Of a stretch of DNA of 64,000 nucleotides, positions 11,998 to 24,355 are shown in pieces (position 1 is the first letter of the stretch; every line of letters starts with the position of its first letter). The stretch is taken from positions 114,886,001-114,950,000 of the forward strand of contig OX597822.1 in the NCBI GenBank assembly GCA_951406725.2, written 5' to 3'. The DNA is from Octopus vulgaris. Taxonomy: Eukaryota. Below the pieces are notes generated by a model. The model saw only the letters and a list, made by a program, of their open reading frames with translations. It made no database searches and was not told the DNA's origin. The position numbers and the translations under genes were made by a program.

Positions 11998-14100
11998 ATA
12001 TAAAGCCCTCGTCTTCGCTAGCGATTTCATAGAAATCAGTACAAATGATAAGGACATAATCTTCCATGCTAGAAAGACCTTACTTTTCAGTGAGAACGCA
12101 AAGTGGATCAAAAATAACGATGTGAGCATGGGGTCATATGATGGAGCAGGAATTTGCGATCTTATTGGATTTTTTCTCCTAGATTCTTTAGGTAAGACAT
12201 TTCCTGACGTATATTTCGCCATCTACAAAGATGATGCCCTCGCTTTAACCGCTAATACAAATGGACCAGCACAGGAATCGTTTTAGGAAGGATATTATCC
12301 AATTAATGAAATACTTCGGACTTAGTATAACTATAGATACTAACCTGACGGTTGTCAATTTCCTAGACGTTTCCTTAGATCTAAATAAGAATATTTATAA
12401 GCCTTATAGGAAGCCCAATGATAGACTTAGTTATATTAATGTAGGTTCTTGCCATCCCCCTATAGTATTCAAAAATTTAGTTTAAAAATATTAGTGAGAG
12501 AATTTCTAGCCTCTCCTCCGATAAGGACATTTTTAATAGCGTTGCCCCAGTTTATAATAAGGCTTTAAAAGATAGTGGTTTTAGCGAAAAAATAAAATAT
12601 ACACCTGTTACTATCCCAACAGTAAAGAAGAGGAAAAATAGAAATAGGAAGATCATCTGGTTTACACCCCCTTACTCACCCGAGGTGACCTTCAATATAG
12701 GTAAATATTTCTTAACACTGATAGATAGACATTTTCCAGTTAACCATACTTATTGGAAACTCTTCAATAAACACAATTTAAAATTAGTTTTAGTTCTACT
12801 AGTAATTTTAAAAAATATAATCACACATAACACACAAAAACCACAACAAGAAAACAGCTGTTCATGCAGGAATAAAAAAATTGTGCCCGCTAAATGGAGC
12901 TTGCATGTCCGAGACCATCATCTATGAAGCTACCGTGGACTCTATAACCACTAAAGACACCGTTTCGACGAAGAAATACGTGGGCCTTACACAGGGTAAT
13001 TTCAAGGTCAGGTTCAATAACACACCTTGAGTTTTAGGCACTGGAACAAAAGAAAAGTGACAAAATTATCTAATCATATTTGGTCTTTAAAATATAAAGG
13101 TGTCGATTATAACATCCATTGGAAGATTTTGGCCAAATGTAAGCCCTACACCATCGCAGCGGAAGGTGCGGTGTATGCGACATGGAGAGATGGCTTATCT
13201 GGAAAAGCAGCTTAGACCCTACTACATGTCTAAACTCAAGGACAGAACTTTTCGGATCATGCCCACATGTGACTATATTTTTGTTACGTTTTTGGTCCCC
13301 TAAAGAAAACAGATAGAACTTGCTTTCTATATTATGTCCCAAAAAGTTTTTTATCTCATTATACCTTTTATTATTTCATATATTTTTATATTTTCACACA
13401 TAATAATTATTTCTGTACTTTTCTATCCAGCATTTTTTCCTGTGCCTATATAGATGTGTATATAGATTCGTTTGTACACGTGTGTGAATATGTATGAGTG
13501 GGCAGTTTTAGATGTGTGCGTGTTTGCGGGCATAAGAATGCACATATATATATAGACGTTTTTATTTAGTATTTTTCCATTTTTTTTTGGGGGGGGGGAT
13601 ATGCATATTCATTTTTTGTATATGCCTGTGTATGTATGCGTATATAAATATGTGCGGGTATGTACATATATGGGCGTGTGTGTAAGAGTGCATAGGGGCA
13701 TGTCCGTATATGAACGTGGTTTTTATGCTTTGTATACTTCCTTATGTTTTTTTCTGTTACCTTTAACCATGGTTTTTCTTGTGCTTGTGCGTATATAGAC
13801 GTATGTATGAACTTTTACGGTACGCATGTGTGTGTGTGTATGAGTTTGTATATATATGCATATATATTTGGCGAAAGATGCGAGTGAAGATGTGTACGTT
13901 TTCATAGTGACGTATAAGTACGCACGTGGGTTCGTGAACAGAATTATAATACAGTAATTTCCCTTTGTATAACGGTATTATTTCATAGAGTTTTTCAGAT
14001 GGCCAGGTAACCGAAGAGATGGTGTTGTGGATTTCCACTTCGGCATCTGAAACTCAGAGTTTTATCTTGACTATTGAGTAATTGTAACGTATTATTTTAC
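11998..14100 (+). mobile_element. Penelope-like retroelement, 5'-truncated and frameshifted RT with C-terminal GIY-YIG endonuclease (Neptune/Nematis-type) and a long 3' UTR with hammerhead
   Basis: DVSMGSYDGAGICDLIG, IYKDDAL, VNFLDVSLDL, SCHPP, IIWFTPPYS, Cys linker CSCRNK..CPLNGAC, IIYEATV...KKYVGLT, LSNHIWSLK. Both ends lie in TA repeats. Confidence 0.9.
14006..14066 (+). ncRNA. Type I hammerhead ribozyme motif at the PLE 3' end
   Basis: ggtaa-CCGAAGA-gatg...catc-t-GAAA-ctc(a)gag-TT-ttatc. Stem I ggtaa/ttatc, stem II gatg/catc, stem III ctc/gag. Confidence 0.7.
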
Positions 14101-14116
14101 ATATATATATATATAT

Positions 14117-14685
14117 AGTACCGGTCTCAGCAAACTGATTTGGAATTTAAAAGACCACAATGAACAATTTCATTTGGAATGGTTGATCCTCTCAATTTCG
14201 ATACCATATGACAAAGGCAAGAAATTCTGTCTTCTCTGCAATTCTGAGCTATTTTTCATTATTTTTTCTAAAAATACTCTAGTAAACACGGTTATAGAAC
14301 GAGCATACAGATGTAAGCATTGGCAAAAACATACTTTTAGTGCATATAAGTAGTCTCTATCATTATATATAGTTTAGACTTTAATTTCCTTTATATTTAA
14401 CATTCACTATTAATATCCCTACTCTTTCTGTTAGCTACTTATGACGTTATATCATATAACGTTTTTTTAAACAATATTAATAGCGTTCTGTCTATCGCTA
14501 TACGAATCCATCATTTTTTGCTAAAATGTCGTATTGACAAGTTTCGTTTTTTCCCTTTCCCGAAGAGAAGATTGCATTGTTTATACCTTTTATTCTTTTG
14601 AATAAGTATCAGTGGAATTTTTGAAACATATGTAGAAAGAAAAAATACTTGTTTAAACCTGCGTTAACTCCATTTTTTATTCCTA
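14117..14685 (+). mobile_element. Second PLE family, 3' fragment (GIY-YIG C-terminus plus 3' UTR)
   Basis: 14117-14353 translates STGLSKLIWNLKDHNEQFHLEWLILSISIPYDKGKKFCLLCNSE...CKHWQKHTFSAYK*, homologous to the 13030-13290 region. Flanked by (TA)n. Confidence 0.8.
14555..14639 (+). ncRNA. Type I hammerhead ribozyme motif with long stem II
   Basis: ctttc-CCGAAGA-gaagattgcattg...cagtggaattttt-GAAA-catatg-TA-gaaag. Stem I ctttc/gaaag, palindromic stem III. Confidence 0.7.
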
Positions 14686-15490
14686 TATATATATATGTAT
14701 ATATATACATTACACTCTCGTATAGCCCTGTATTTCTCTGTTCACCCAAACAATCAACCATTGCATACATTAACATAGCGTAATAGTTGGAGATATGTTC
14801 TTAGAAACCAGTCACGGAACAATTTTGAATTCGCCATTCATCAATTTCAATGGTGATATTGTGTGTGTGCGTGTGTGTGTACATAGGTGTCAGACACTTT
14901 CATCAAGCTATGTCAACTATGCTGACGACAGTCTTTCAGGTTGCAGGGACACGGTTTTACTTACCCTTGCTTCATCGTGTAACAGACACACCCATTAACC
15001 CGGCCACATGGAATTCACAGAAGACAAATTGATTATAGAATATCAAATATTTCATTATCTTTCCTTCGGGCTACGAACTGCTACAAACGCTAAGGTGCTT
15101 GAGTAAATGTCAGGTAGAAAAGAGTTTTCGAGTCCTAGGATTTCAAATTTCCTTTTCTTCCATGCAAATAAGCAGAATTGTAAAGTTGAGTAGCAAACAG
15201 ATAGGAGGTAGCTAGTAAAGTTAAGTAGCTTGTAGATAGGAGGTAGATTTAATCGACGGCATATCTCACGGAGAATTTTTAAATAAGTTCTTGAAGCAAA
15301 GTAAGCCGAACGAGAGCAGTTATCATCTGGAATATATAACACATGGGTGCGGGCGTGGTTGTGTGGAAAGAAGACTGCTTCCCAACCACATGGTTCCAGG
15401 TTCAGTCACACCGCGTGTCACCTTAGGCAAGTGTCTTCTATTATAGCCTCGTGAGCGGATTTGGTAGGGGAAAACTGAAAGAAGCTCGTC

Positions 15491-15536
<46 letters not shown>

Positions 15537-15770
15537 AAATTATTATAAAATTGGATTCAATCTTAAATCTGATTTTTCCTTGTAAATTTGGATTTATTTC
15601 CTAATATTTATTATATATATATATATATATATATATAAGTTCGGCAACAATTTAGATTCAAATGAATATGGTACTTAATTTAGATGCACCAGAATTTTGT
15701 ATGGTGTTACCCATAAAAATATGCGGGGTGATTAGAATAAAAAATAAGCAACAAGAATGAATCCGTTAAT

Positions 15771-15856
15771 TTAGTACAATTGTTTCATACTACAACATTT
15801 TATTAAAAGCTGTGAATATTGCAGCAGATTTAAGATGTTGAATAATCTTCAGCTAA
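15771..15856 (-). ncRNA. Type I hammerhead ribozyme motif (canonical core)
   Basis: Reverse-complement copy of 16285-16370. Confidence 0.75.
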
Positions 15857-16284
15857 TTTTATAATAAATTTCCAATAATATAAAAGTTTTCAAATCAATT
15901 AATAACATCTTAGGGAAGGTAAATATACAGATAAAGATGTAGATATGAATCTTAGGAACATGATGTCGTGTGGTTCAGATGTTAACTGACCAAAACTTTG
16001 TTTATAACTGACTGCTATAAGAAAATTTCTTTAGTTATAAGGTGGGTAAAGAATTCAAAGTTAGTTGTAGAAAAGAGGAGGAAATTCAGGATATGTAAAA
16101 GAATTTCAGGTTGTCACTAGAACAAAAGGTCAATATCTCTATGTGGTGACAAGAAAATTAGGTCAGTGTAGAAAGATCATTAAATTCTTCGGAACATATG
16201 AGGTTGTAGGTTGTATATTTACCTTCCCTAAGATGTTAGTAATTGATTTATATTATATTATATTATTGGAAATTTATTATAAAA

Positions 16285-16370
16285 TTAGCTGAAGATTACT
16301 CAGCATCTTAAATCTGCTGTAATATTTACAGCTTTTAATAAAATGTTGTAGTATGAAACAATTGTACTAA
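16285..16370 (+). ncRNA. Type I hammerhead ribozyme motif (canonical core)
   Basis: ttag-CTGAAGA-ttactcagcat...atgttgtagtat-GAAA-caattg-TA-ctaa. Confidence 0.78.
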
Positions 16371-16401
16371 ATTACCGGATTCATTCTTGTTGCTTATTTT
16401 T

Positions 16402-16443
<42 letters not shown>

Positions 16444-16638
16444 ATATAAGTTGTGTGTGTGTGTGTGTGTGTGCATGTGTCTTTATGTCAGTACTTTCCT
16501 CGCACCCAAAACGTTTGGCTACCGATAGTGGTGTATTTATGTCCCCGTAACTTAGCGGTTCGGCAAAAGTGACCGAAAGAATAGGTGCTACACTTACAAA
16601 GAAAGAATAAGTTCTGAGAAAATATATATATATATTAA

Positions 16639-16687
<49 letters not shown>

Positions 16688-16876
16688 CATTTATTGTTTG
16701 TTGTAAAGATAGTATTTTTTTGTTTCCTCTAATGACTTATCGATGAATAAGATTTTGATTGGTTGTTCTACAAGATATTTCGCATTTGGCTGATAAAGAT
16801 CATTACAGGATTTTGTGGACGGTTTTCAGTTCGAGTGCCTTAGACAGCATTATGTCTAAAGCAATTCTGTTTAGAT

Positions 16877-17089
16877 CACTGGTTCTCAACCGGCTTTCAT
16901 ATGACCCTTGAGGGCAATAATCTGGGTACACTTCTACCATACACAAGATATTTTAACATTTTTTTAATACAATAATATTTAATTCGTAAAACATTATCGG
17001 ATTTTTTAAACATTGAATGGCTATGAAGGACCGACCGAGTAAAATAAGACTCAAAGGGGCCCATAAGTAAAAGCAGTTCCAAAATAGTG
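16877..17089. mobile_element. hAT (Charlie-like) MITE
   Basis: Begins cactggttctcaacc, ends in a degenerate ...atagtg. Exact 8-bp TSD gtttagat at 16869-16876 and 17090-17097. Confidence 0.7.
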
Positions 17090-17634
17090 GTTTAGATAAA
17101 TGGTTTATATATGATACATTGTGCAAAATGACACCTTGTCAGAAAACCCTTACTTGTCACTCTTCTAATTACTGGTGAACTTCAATAAACTTTGATATAA
17201 ATAGTTATGATGATGAACCTCTGCTAATATATGGATCAACGAGGAAGAATTTCAACCACGAGCAATACATATCTCTCCCGATTCTTAGTATACGCTTTAA
17301 AAGCAAGGATACAGGTAAGTACGGATAAAATCTAGCAGTGACTCTAGAAAGCAGCGTATTCAGCGAATACTTCCTCATATAGTTTAAATGGTACTGCAAC
17401 CATTGTACAAAAGTTACAAGTTTCTAAGTTTGCTAATGAGAGCTGCATTTCTTTGTCAACCACGAAATTTCAGTCGAATATCCACCAGAACCGTACTGAG
17501 AGTTTTACGTTAACTAATAAGAGAAATTTCTGCAAACATCCGTGAATATGAAATAAGTAATAATTTGGTCTTCCGTGAAAATATCTTCCTCCGAGATAAT
17601 TCTTTTTGGTGCTGGTGTTCAATTATTTCTTTCA

Positions 17635-17856
17635 TTTCCTTTACTTCCTTCAGTCATTAGACTGTGGCCATGCTGGAGCACTGTCTTCAAGAATTTTTAG
17701 TCGAAAGAATCGACCCCAGTACTTATCTCTTTTTAATGCCTGTAACTTATTCTATTGGTCTCTTTTGCCGAAACGCTAAGTTACGGGGATGTAAACACAC
17801 CAGCATCGGTTGTCAAGAGATGTTGGGGGGGGGGACAAACACAGACACAAACATAT

Positions 17857-17940
<84 letters not shown>

Positions 17941-18076
17941 ATATACATATATACGACAGGCTTCTTTCAGTTTCCGTCTACCAAATCTACTTACAAGGCT
18001 TTGGTCGGCCCGAGGCCACGCAATGGGACTGAACCCGAAACCATGTGGTTGGTTACTATACAGCCACTCCTATGCC
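17635..18076 (-). mobile_element. SINE family C
   Basis: Reverse complement of family C with an internal (CA)n(TA)n tract. Confidence 0.9.
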
Positions 18077-18149
18077 TATGTGCCTTTTTGCGTAGTGAGA
18101 CTGAAGGAAACGGTAGTTTCCATGACCTTCGCAGGTCCTTCTGCGTTGG

Positions 18150-18480
18150 TGTGACATTGATACCAACTCCCGCTGGAAAGAAACTAGCAGAGAGAGAATT
18201 CCAGGCGATTATCAATCATGGAAGGAAAGACGGACTAAGTGTGGTTATTAGTTTGGGATCTGGAAATATTAGACAGAGCCAGGGTGGTTGGAAGAGAGGG
18301 CGAAATAGGACTAGAATATATGAGTGTAGTTAGCATAATCCCAAACCAGATCCAAGGAGCGGAGGCCATTAAAGCAGCAGTAGAAAAGGCAGAACTGCTA
18401 ACTTCAAATAAAGATCAAGTGTAAGCAACTGTTAGGTGGGTGGGAACACATAATATGTATGAAGCGCTCAATAAATAGGA
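18150..18480 (-). mobile_element. Degraded CR1/L2-type LINE 3' end
   Basis: Minus strand FCLFYCCFNGLRSLDL...HP...AWNSLSASFFP. Related remnant at 51700-52020. Confidence 0.55.
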
Positions 18481-19048
18481 TCAATATTTGATGAGAGAAA
18501 AATATTAACTAACGACTTATACCATAATTTAAAATCTATATATGCATCTTCGTTATATTATGTTAGTTTTACATCTCAACTTGTCTGGAAGATTGTATTG
18601 ATTTTTATTCGCTAGCTCATTGATGTATATACATAAAGATTGCTAGTTCAAATTTAATCTTGTTCTACGTTCGTATTTAGTAATGACACTTGAAATCGAT
18701 CAAAGATAAAACCGATCGGTGTATAGTATTAAGGTGTTAAATATACACTCTGGAAAAGAGATTGTCTAGAACAACAAAGATATCCATAGCAACCAGGGCA
18801 TCACCATGTGGTTAAGGAATAATAATATTCTCTGGGGTCAATTCCCGGCGCGGAATCTGGGGCAATTGTCACTCGGTAACCAGTTTGACCAATGTATTAT
18901 GGGTGTAATATAGAAGAAGAAACTGTGAAGAAGCCTTTCATATACATGTGCGTGTATGTGCGTATGTATATGTATATATGCATATATATATACATGCACG
19001 TATATATTTATATGTGTGTGTGTGTGCGTGTTTGTGTATGTATGTACG

Positions 19049-19079
<31 letters not shown>

Positions 19080-19189
19080 ATGTGTGTGTATAAAGTTTAA
19101 TATCCAATGTACTAAACATTAGCATGACAACACAAGAACAAAGTTTTACAAATAAGGTACTAGTGTAACGCTTTACTTAAGAGAGAAAG

Positions 19190-19228
19190 TTTCTTAACGT
19201 TTCGGGCGTATGACCTTCATCAGAGAAA
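19190..19228 (-). ncRNA. Minimal hammerhead ribozyme motif
   Basis: Minus strand: tttct-CTGATGA-a-ggtc atac gccc-GAAACGTT-aagaaa, within a PLE-like terminus abutting TA/TG repeats. Confidence 0.65.
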
Positions 19229-19931
19229 AGTAAGTGAGAAAAATATATAATTAGTGGAAAATAGGTGAATGATCAAAAACTCTGTGGAAATGCTGTTCTA
19301 TGAAGGAATTCCATTCAGAATGGACTAAACAAAACTAGAGGAAACACGTTGGATGAAGAGGTCACAGGATGTGTGACGAAAGATTTCAGACAAAGGACAC
19401 AAAAATAAGAAAAATAATAAAGCTGAAGAGAAGAAAGAATATATAGTGCGTGTTTATTTGTAAAAAAAAGAAAAGACCATCCCAGTGCATGGCCACAGCC
19501 TAGGGCTGAAACATGTAAAAGTGTAAAAGAGAATGTGTGTGTGTGTGTGTTTCTGACCGTAATCTGTTTTATGCTTACGAGTTTAAAGTTGTTTGTCAAT
19601 TTGTGTCCCTATATTTCACATTTTCAAAACATCATCTGAGCTCTTCGGTAGAATCGATATTGATCAAATAGAAATTGGGCTGAAATCAATTCTTGGTCCG
19701 AAACAATCGTTTAAAAAAACCTTGAAGATAGCCATCCAACTTAACCGCAGCCACGACGTAAAGAAGTAACTAATTTCATGTATGTACAGTTCTTTTGCCT
19801 TTCATTTTTGCTTTCAAATAAACGACATAATACCACATAAGTTTTCCCTTGTTGTGCCTCTTTATCAGAACATTGCTTAGACTGTAATGTTAAATGTTCT
19901 GATGTGGCAGGAAAGAAATGGTTACATACAG

Positions 19932-19986
<55 letters not shown>

Positions 19987-21312
19987 TAGAGATAGAGAGA
20001 GAGAGAGATAAATAGATAGTTAGAAAGATAGTTAGATAGATAGATATAAATACATATATACATATACATACAAACACACAGCTACATATATACATACACA
20101 CACATGTACATACATATATATGCGTGTGTATGTGTGTGTGTGTGTATGTGTGTGTGTGTGTATGTGTGTGTGTGTGTGTGTTGGTATAGAAAATCGATAA
20201 ATGATTAAAACGGAAAAGTTATTAACCGTAGCTGGAGGTGACTTGAAATAGGAAGTCCTACAGCCAGCTAAATCAGGGATATTTTAACCTTCTTTTTTTT
20301 TGGGGGGGGGGGGGGGGGGTTGAAGCTCTTTTATTCCTTTATTTATTTATTTTTGAGACGAAATTTGTATCCGTTCGTAAAAGGCACCAACACTGGCACC
20401 TAAAAGAATCTGCCGAAATTGCTAGTTGTTACCAAGACATATTAATTCGCAAATAGCAGCTGTCTGTATCGTAATTTTATTCCACACATTTCCCTCTGTA
20501 TTTATAAAGAAGACTAGGTTCGATTCATTTAACTAAAATTCTTCAAATCTGTTCCTCATCAAGGCCGCAGTCTTTGACTGAAACAAGTAAAAGGTAAAAA
20601 AATAAACGATATAATAAAAAGAAAACAATGGACGACGGAAACTGATAAATTAGAAGCTAAATGCTTTGCTTTCATTCCTCTATGTTTGTATTCCAATACA
20701 AACCGGAATCGACTTTAGTTTTCGTCACTTCGAGGCAATAAAAAGAGACTCTAGTCGTAGAGTGACCTGGGTTCAGTCTATTAAAGTCCTTCTTAAACGT
20801 GGGTTTCTGAACATGAGATCCTGTATATGGTCATTCAATATCCTTAAATGTCGAAAAACAAAAACAAAAACATTTTAGTGTGGCTCTCTTTCGTGGTGCC
20901 TGATATAGTTTTGCCTGTTTCTGCTTTTAACTTACTTTCACATAGTCGAATAGATTATTATGTTGTAACAAAGAAGAGAGACCCAACGTTTTGTGCAGGG
21001 AACCTTCATCATCCCGCTTGTCTTTCTCCGAATAATTTGTGATTTCGGTATGAAATTTTTGTCCGAATACAGGAAGAACGAATATAGCTAGTTTTCTCAG
21101 TTCTAAATGCTGCAATGTATAGCTTGATCAGGCTTTTGTGACATTCACGAACTTTGTGTTAATACTGTACTGTATCCTCTCTCTCTCTCTACCACACACA
21201 CACACACGAACGCACACACATACAAACTCTCTCTCTCATTCTCTACCATACACAGACACATACACACACTCTCTCTCTTTCTTTCTATTTATCTAGCTCT
21301 ATCTGTCTACCT

Positions 21313-21544
21313 ATTTCTTTACTACCCACAAGGGGCTACACACAGAGGGGACAAACAAGGACAGACAGACGGATTAAGTCGATTACATCGACCTCAGTGC
21401 GTAACTGGTACTTAATTTATCGACCCCGAAAGGATGAACAACAAAGTCGACATCGGCGGAATTTGAACTCAGAAGGTAACGTCAGACGAAATACGGCTAC
21501 GCATTTCTCCCGGCGTGCTAACGATTCTGCCAGCTCGCCGCCTT
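21313..21544 (-). mobile_element. SINE family B monomer, full length
   Basis: Head aaggcggcgagctggcagaatcgttag through tail aaagaaatag. 17-bp TSD tctatctgtctacctat at 21298-21314 and 21545-21561. Confidence 0.93.
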
Positions 21545-22384
21545 TCTATCTGTCTACCTATCTTTGTCACACAGTCATCCTCTTCTCTCAACTTGTCACT
21601 CTTCTTCTCTTCTCTCTTTTTTTTCTTCTATGTCACTCAGCATCTTACATATTTTCTCTCCCTATCTTAACTTTCTCCTTCACTCTCTATCCTCTCCTAT
21701 TCTTCCCCTCTCTCCCTAACTCGCCATCTTCCTCTCCGTTTTTCTTACTCGGTCTTTTATTAATTCTCCTTGCTCTCTCTCTCTCTCTCACTCCCTTTTC
21801 TTATTCGTCCTTTGTTCTTTGTCTTCTGTCTCTTCTTCTGTCACTTGTCTCTTGCCCTCTCCCCATTCCCGTTATTATGCAACTTACTCATTCTTTCTCA
21901 TTCTCTATTTCTGTCTATTTCTCTTTACTTCTTTCCCCCGAAACTCTATCTCTCCTTCTCTCCCACCCTTCCTTTCTGTCTCTCTGTTTCTGTTTCTCTC
22001 TCCCCCCCCTTCTCATTCATTCTCTAAGCAAATTAAAAACCCAGCAAAAATAATGCGTGTAAATTGTCATCGCTTTACGTAACTTTATACTTAGGGTGCT
22101 AAACATAAGAACCGCTTGATCAACCCATTTTCTTCTTGACAAAGAGGAACAAACACATAATTGCATCACACTGCAGCACGCCAGGCAATATGCATTGCGT
22201 GCACTTTGTGCAGTATATTTATATATAAAAATGAAGAAAACAAGGTTTATAACAAGAAGAAAGGAAAAAAAGCACAACGGCGATGAAATGTTTATTCATG
22301 CAAAGTGAAGTAGCAAATTATTAGATTATACTAAAACTGTAACAGCTTGTCCAAACATTCCCCTTCCAACTGACCACATCACAT

Positions 22385-22495
22385 TCAGCCAATTGCTTTG
22401 AACACATGTATGACTCTGCTGTTACGTTAGGGGGAAAACAGTGCGGGGAAGGCGTGACGTCCATAAGGTTTAAGGTATATACTATATAAAGAAGA
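22385..22495 (+). promoter_or_regulatory. Candidate Pol II promoter (CCAAT, CRE-like TGACGTC, TATA)
   Basis: agccaat at about 22387, gcgtgacgtc at about 22452, tatataaag at about 22483, in unique sequence. Motif order only. Confidence 0.2.
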
Positions 22496-22739
22496 AATCG
22501 ATTATTTATTTGTTTAATGGTTTAGTGAGTAGGAAAGATCCGTCATCTCTGATCTATGTCCTTCTTTAGGATCTGCGGAGCTAGTGGAAGGAAAAAGAAA
22601 GTTCTTCTCAGACTGAAGACCTGTGTTGGATGTTTGAAAGACAGGGGGCTCTGATGAATGTAACTAAATACCATGTAGTACTGTTTAAACATGACCTTAC
22701 ATGTTACAGAAGCGCTCCATTCCAATAAGCTTCTAAAGA

Positions 22740-23127
22740 GTTAAATTTCACCTACCAAAATTTGGTCGACCTAACGCAATGGTAGAAGACACTTGCCTGT
22801 GGTGAAATCATTGTGGGATCGAACTTGAAATGACATACTTGCAAACCCATGACGAAATGGCTGAATTATACTGTTCTTAAGTACATTATAATTAACCCCA
22901 TCACACTGGTTCCGTTTGCCAAATTCACTCACAAAACATTTATCGGTTAGGGTCTATAGTAGAAAGCACTTGCACAAGGTACCGCGCAGTGGGAACGAGC
23001 CCCGAACCACGTGGTTGGAAAGTGAGCTTCTTATTAACCACGCAGACAAGCCTGCACTCATGTATGTATGTATGAATATGTATATATGCTTGTGTATATA
23101 TATATATATATATATATATAGGTTGGG

Positions 23128-23161
<34 letters not shown>

Positions 23162-23300
23162 CGACGGGTGTCTTTAGATTTCCATTAACAAAATCCACTC
23201 ACAAAGTCGTCCCGAAGCTACAGTAAAAGAAACTTGCCCAAGGTATCACGCAGTGAAACTTAACCCGGAATCATGTTGTAAACTTCTTACCCCTCAGCTA
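22740..23300 (-). mobile_element. Three stacked 5' halves of SINE family C
   Basis: Repeated (ga/gc/ga)acttgc(c/a)..ggt..cgcagtg..gaac blocks at about 22790, 22965 and 23230. Confidence 0.65.
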
Positions 23301-23859
23301 CGTGAGCGTCTGGGAATGTTTTTGTTTAGTTATCATTCTAACTTTCCTTGCTCCATATTATATAACATTCTGACCATACTGGTACTCCGACACAGACTCC
23401 TCCACATTGCTACCATTTCTCCATAGAATACTAAGTAAATCGTGAAAATATTTATCAAAGAATTAAAATTAAATTGCTAAACATAAACCAATACTGAACA
23501 AACTTCACATCCTGGTTGTACAACAAATGCCGGACATCCTTGATTTGGTGACAGCCCCTTTTTTTATATATAATTTATCTACTTATTTACTTCATGTAGA
23601 ATCCTGTTCTTAATGGCTGGCAATAACAACCAATAAGAAGAAAGCATTTTGCACAGAATTTCAATTTCTCTCTTTAAACTGAGTCGATAAATTCAGTTAC
23701 CTTTTCAAATAGTATTATCTCGTAGAAAGCCTCCGAGGTCCTCAGAAATATAAGTTTACCAAACGAATTATTAGTCATCCCTAAGAAAGTGCGAAAATAA
23801 TTCGTATCTACACACGCGCCCACATGCATGCACACATACACACAAACACACTCACTCAC

Positions 23860-23992
23860 CTTTTTTAACTCTCAAAAAAAATTTAACATCATTTTTTTTC
23901 CATTTTTTTGCTATTTTTTGGCTATAACTCTCTAAAAATGCTTTATAGTTATTTCCCTTACAAACCTGAGCAACGCCGGGCGATACTGCTAG
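23860..23992 (+). mobile_element. Helitron 3' terminus (5' boundary uncertain)
   Basis: GC-rich hairpin cctgagcaacgccggg about 8 nt before the terminal CTAG (23989-23992), followed by T. Confidence 0.6.
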
Positions 23993-24029
23993 TTTGGGTT
24001 ATAAAAAGGTAAATCCCCCCCCCCCTTCG

Positions 24030-24355
24030 ATCCTGAATGACCATGGGATCGCACCTATAACGTTAGCCTCGGTGGCACAAATCCGAGCAAGGATGTTTAC
24101 TGTAGTAGATCAGTAGTCACCCATGCATACCAGCATCCCCTCTCCGCGCCACTGATGTTATCCAAGGGAAAGGCAGAGGCCGACACAGCTTGGCATCAGT
24201 GACGTTGCAACTCATTTCTACAGCTGAGTGAACTGGAGGAACGTGAAATAAAGTGTCTTGCTCAAGAACACAACACATAGCCCGGTTCAGGAATCGAGCT
24301 CACAACCTCATGATTCTGAGCCTGACGTTCTAACCACTGAGCCATGCGCGTTCAC
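24030..24355 (-). mobile_element. tRNA-derived SINE family A (CORE-like)
   Basis: Minus-strand head tggctcagtggttag...gagctcgattcc, then ttcttgagcaagacactttatttcacgtt..ccagttcactcagctgt. Homologous to 490-802. Confidence 0.85.

Larger units (their letters stand above)
15636..16405 (-). mobile_element. PLE 3' fragment with inverted terminal copy (arms 15736-15929 and 16212-16405)
   Basis: About 194-bp inverted repeat, each arm carrying the same hammerhead. Bounded by (TA)n on both sides. Confidence 0.8.
15347..16620 (+). mobile_element. SINE family C split by PLE insertions in its internal (TA)n (head 15347-15492, tail about 16450-16620)
   Basis: The head ends at gaaactgaaagaagctcgtcg(ta)n. 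The 3' half gtccccgtaacttagcggttcggcaaaa resumes after about 950 bp. Confidence 0.8.
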
